A stretch of DNA of 64,000 bases from Amoebidium appalachense (taxonomy: Eukaryota > Protista > Ichthyosporea): NCBI GenBank assembly GCA_963693365.1, contig CAVNZM010000014.1, positions 434,001 to 498,000 of the forward strand, written 5' to 3'. Shown in pieces: positions 62,646-64,000 of the stretch. Position 1 is the first letter of the stretch; each line of letters begins with the position of its first letter. The notes beneath the pieces were generated by a model, which searched no databases, had not been told where the DNA came from, and was given only the letters and a program-made list of their open reading frames with translations. Made by a program: the position numbers and the translations under genes.

Positions 62646-64000
62646 GCGCGCGCGCGCGCGCGCACACACACACGCACGCACACACACGCACGCACGCACG
62701 CACGCACACACGCACACACACACACGCACAAGCACGCACACGCACACACACACACACACACACACGCTTACACACACACACACACACACATGTACACACA
62801 CACACAGACACACACAGGCTCACAGGCACACGCACACGCGCAGTGTCGCACACACACGTACACAAGCACCTACACACGCACGCATGCACACACACATGTG
62901 TACACACACACACACACACACACACGCATGCACCCACACACGCACGCACGCACGCACACACACACACAAACACACAGAAACACACAGAAACACACAGGCC
63001 TGCCGCAACCGCTCCATGCAAGCTTTTGACAACGGGAGAGATTGATTACATACATCAGTACATCAGTACAGATTCTATAGAGAGCATACGCCAAGCAGCG
63101 GCACCAGTCAGATCCTGAGCAGCACGTGAGAAACCTCCGAAACTCTCACAATAATTTCAAGGCATGTCTATCGTTTCTGTATCCCAAAGCCTTTTCAGGT
63201 TCCGAATCGTGTAAAACGGAACACAAGGCTCCCCTGTTTTCTTAAATATCACTGTCAGGTTCGAATTCATGATCACGTAAGACCTAACGAACGTGAGGCT
63301 TTTGTCATGAGTGTTCAAGAGGCGAGCTCCACAGCCTCTTCAAAGAGAAAATGGGCCAGTTTCACGTACATATTCACGTACATAATGGGCACCTTACGTG
63401 CGTGGGCACAACATGTATGTGTATATGTGTCATAAGTACATGGGACATGACGTCCACGGCCCACATGATGTGCGTGCCCCTACCCCGCACGGCGCACATG
63501 ATGTGCGTACAGTCTATTCGATCATGGGCACATGCATGATCAGTCAGGCATGCACATGATGCACATGTGTCCATGTACACATACTTTCTATTTTGTGATT
63601 TCATCTTTGTGTTAACATGAATATCAGGTAAGCAAAAACTTCTTATATGTACGGCACGGAAACATGGCATGCGCAAAGGTGAATGCCTATCAAAACCTGT
63701 AAGTGACACACTTCTTCGAGACTGTGCGTGTTGCGCGCGGTGCACGCGCTGCGCCCGTGTCAGCGGCCAGTGTGCGGCTGTATACAACAGATCTACAAGA
63801 TCAAAGTTTTGAAGATTCTCTGGCAAATCTCTCAATGATTGGCCCAGGAGATCTAGATCTAGATCCTCTGCTCTGACGTCAGACTCATGATCAGCTCCTG
63901 CCTGTCCGTGCCTGAGCGGCGGAGCTCCGAGCGCGTCCGTGCACGTGGGACCGTCACGGAGTACTACACTGAGTAGCCTACGCGCTTGCGTGCCCCGGGT

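Overview
Eukaryotic nuclear DNA that is intron-rich, probably from a unicellular opisthokont or holozoan (inferred from gene content, not proven). Introns are packed with poly-C/poly-G, (CA/TG)n, (GA/TC)n and (CG)n tracts, so nearly all ORFs in the supplied track are low-complexity artefacts. Manual splicing gives six protein genes: the 5' end of an ALDH3-type aldehyde dehydrogenase (-), a membrane-anchored PhoD-family phosphatase (-, 15 exons, one probable GC-AG intron), a ZC3H11A-like CCCH protein (+), FBXO9 (+), Ku70/XRCC6 (-, 19 exons), and an Spt23/Mga2-like transcription factor (+) lacking ankyrin repeats and a membrane anchor. Mobile and repeat features are a 2-kb TIR element with AT flanks carrying a Tc1/IS630-like transposase remnant, a 146-bp-arm foldback between FBXO9 and Ku70, a possible Helitron end, tandem arrays of duplicated 3' splice sites, and a ~150-bp repeat lying sense-oriented near intron 3' ends in two genes. 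Homopolymer lengths may be inflated by sequencing error. All gene models are hand-built and need RNA-seq confirmation.
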